This document shows, piece after piece, positions 42,107 through 42,168 of a stretch of DNA of 42,168 bases. Every line of letters begins with the position of its first letter. Positions within the stretch are counted from its first letter, which is position 1. The stretch covers positions 1 to 42,168 of the forward strand of contig JBCCXZ010000033.1 of NCBI GenBank assembly GCA_039190745.1. The letters are read 5' to 3'. A program made the translations under genes and the position numbers. The notes beneath the pieces were generated by a model, which saw only the letters and a list, made by a program, of their open reading frames with translations, ran no database searches and was not told the origin of the DNA. The DNA is from Planctomycetota bacterium (lineage in GTDB: Bacteria; Planctomycetota; Planctomycetia; Pirellulales; Lacipirellulaceae).

Positions 42107-42168
42107 TTACTCGACGATCTTCGTCACAACGCCAGAGCCGACCGTTTTGCCGCCCTCGCGGATGGCGA
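42107..42168 (-). CDS. tuf: Elongation factor Tu, 3' end only
   Basis: Hand translation ...AIREGGKTVGSGVVTKIVE*. Confidence 0.96.
   Translation of the reverse strand, partial: AIREGGKTVGSGVVTKIVE

Overview
High-GC window holding the core translation/transcription supercluster of what is very likely a Planctomycetota (Pirellulales-like) genome. This taxonomy is inferred from the L17 and L3 inserts, the long NusG/SecE, the lack of L30 and the divergent str-locus EF-G. Minus strand, right to left: 3' end of tuf, tRNA-Trp(CCA), secE, nusG, rplK-A-J-L, rpoB, [GxxExxY gene], rpoC. Three plus-strand accessory genes follow (small protein, nucleotidyltransferase-like protein, PhzF). The minus strand then resumes with rpsL, rpsG, [tautomerase, orphan], fusA, the S10 and spc clusters, secY, adk, map, rpmJ, the alpha cluster, an HExxH peptidase, a lipoprotein and a small membrane protein. 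The left end has a partial class II ribonucleotide reductase (nrdJ) and a peroxiredoxin-like lipoprotein on the plus strand. Main anomalies: (1) map has an in-frame TAG that removes the last metal ligand, although the frame continues as perfect MAP sequence; (2) rpsN (S14) is absent between rplE and rpsH; (3) a GxxExxY nuclease-fold gene sits between rpoB and rpoC, flanked by direct and inverted 9-mer arrays, and gene-less 7-mer/9-mer hairpin arrays occur in other spacers; (4) a candidate toxin-antitoxin-like nucleotidyltransferase pair; (5) an attenuator-like structured RNA after nrdJ; (6) a 62-nt dual-coding rpsC/rplP overlap.
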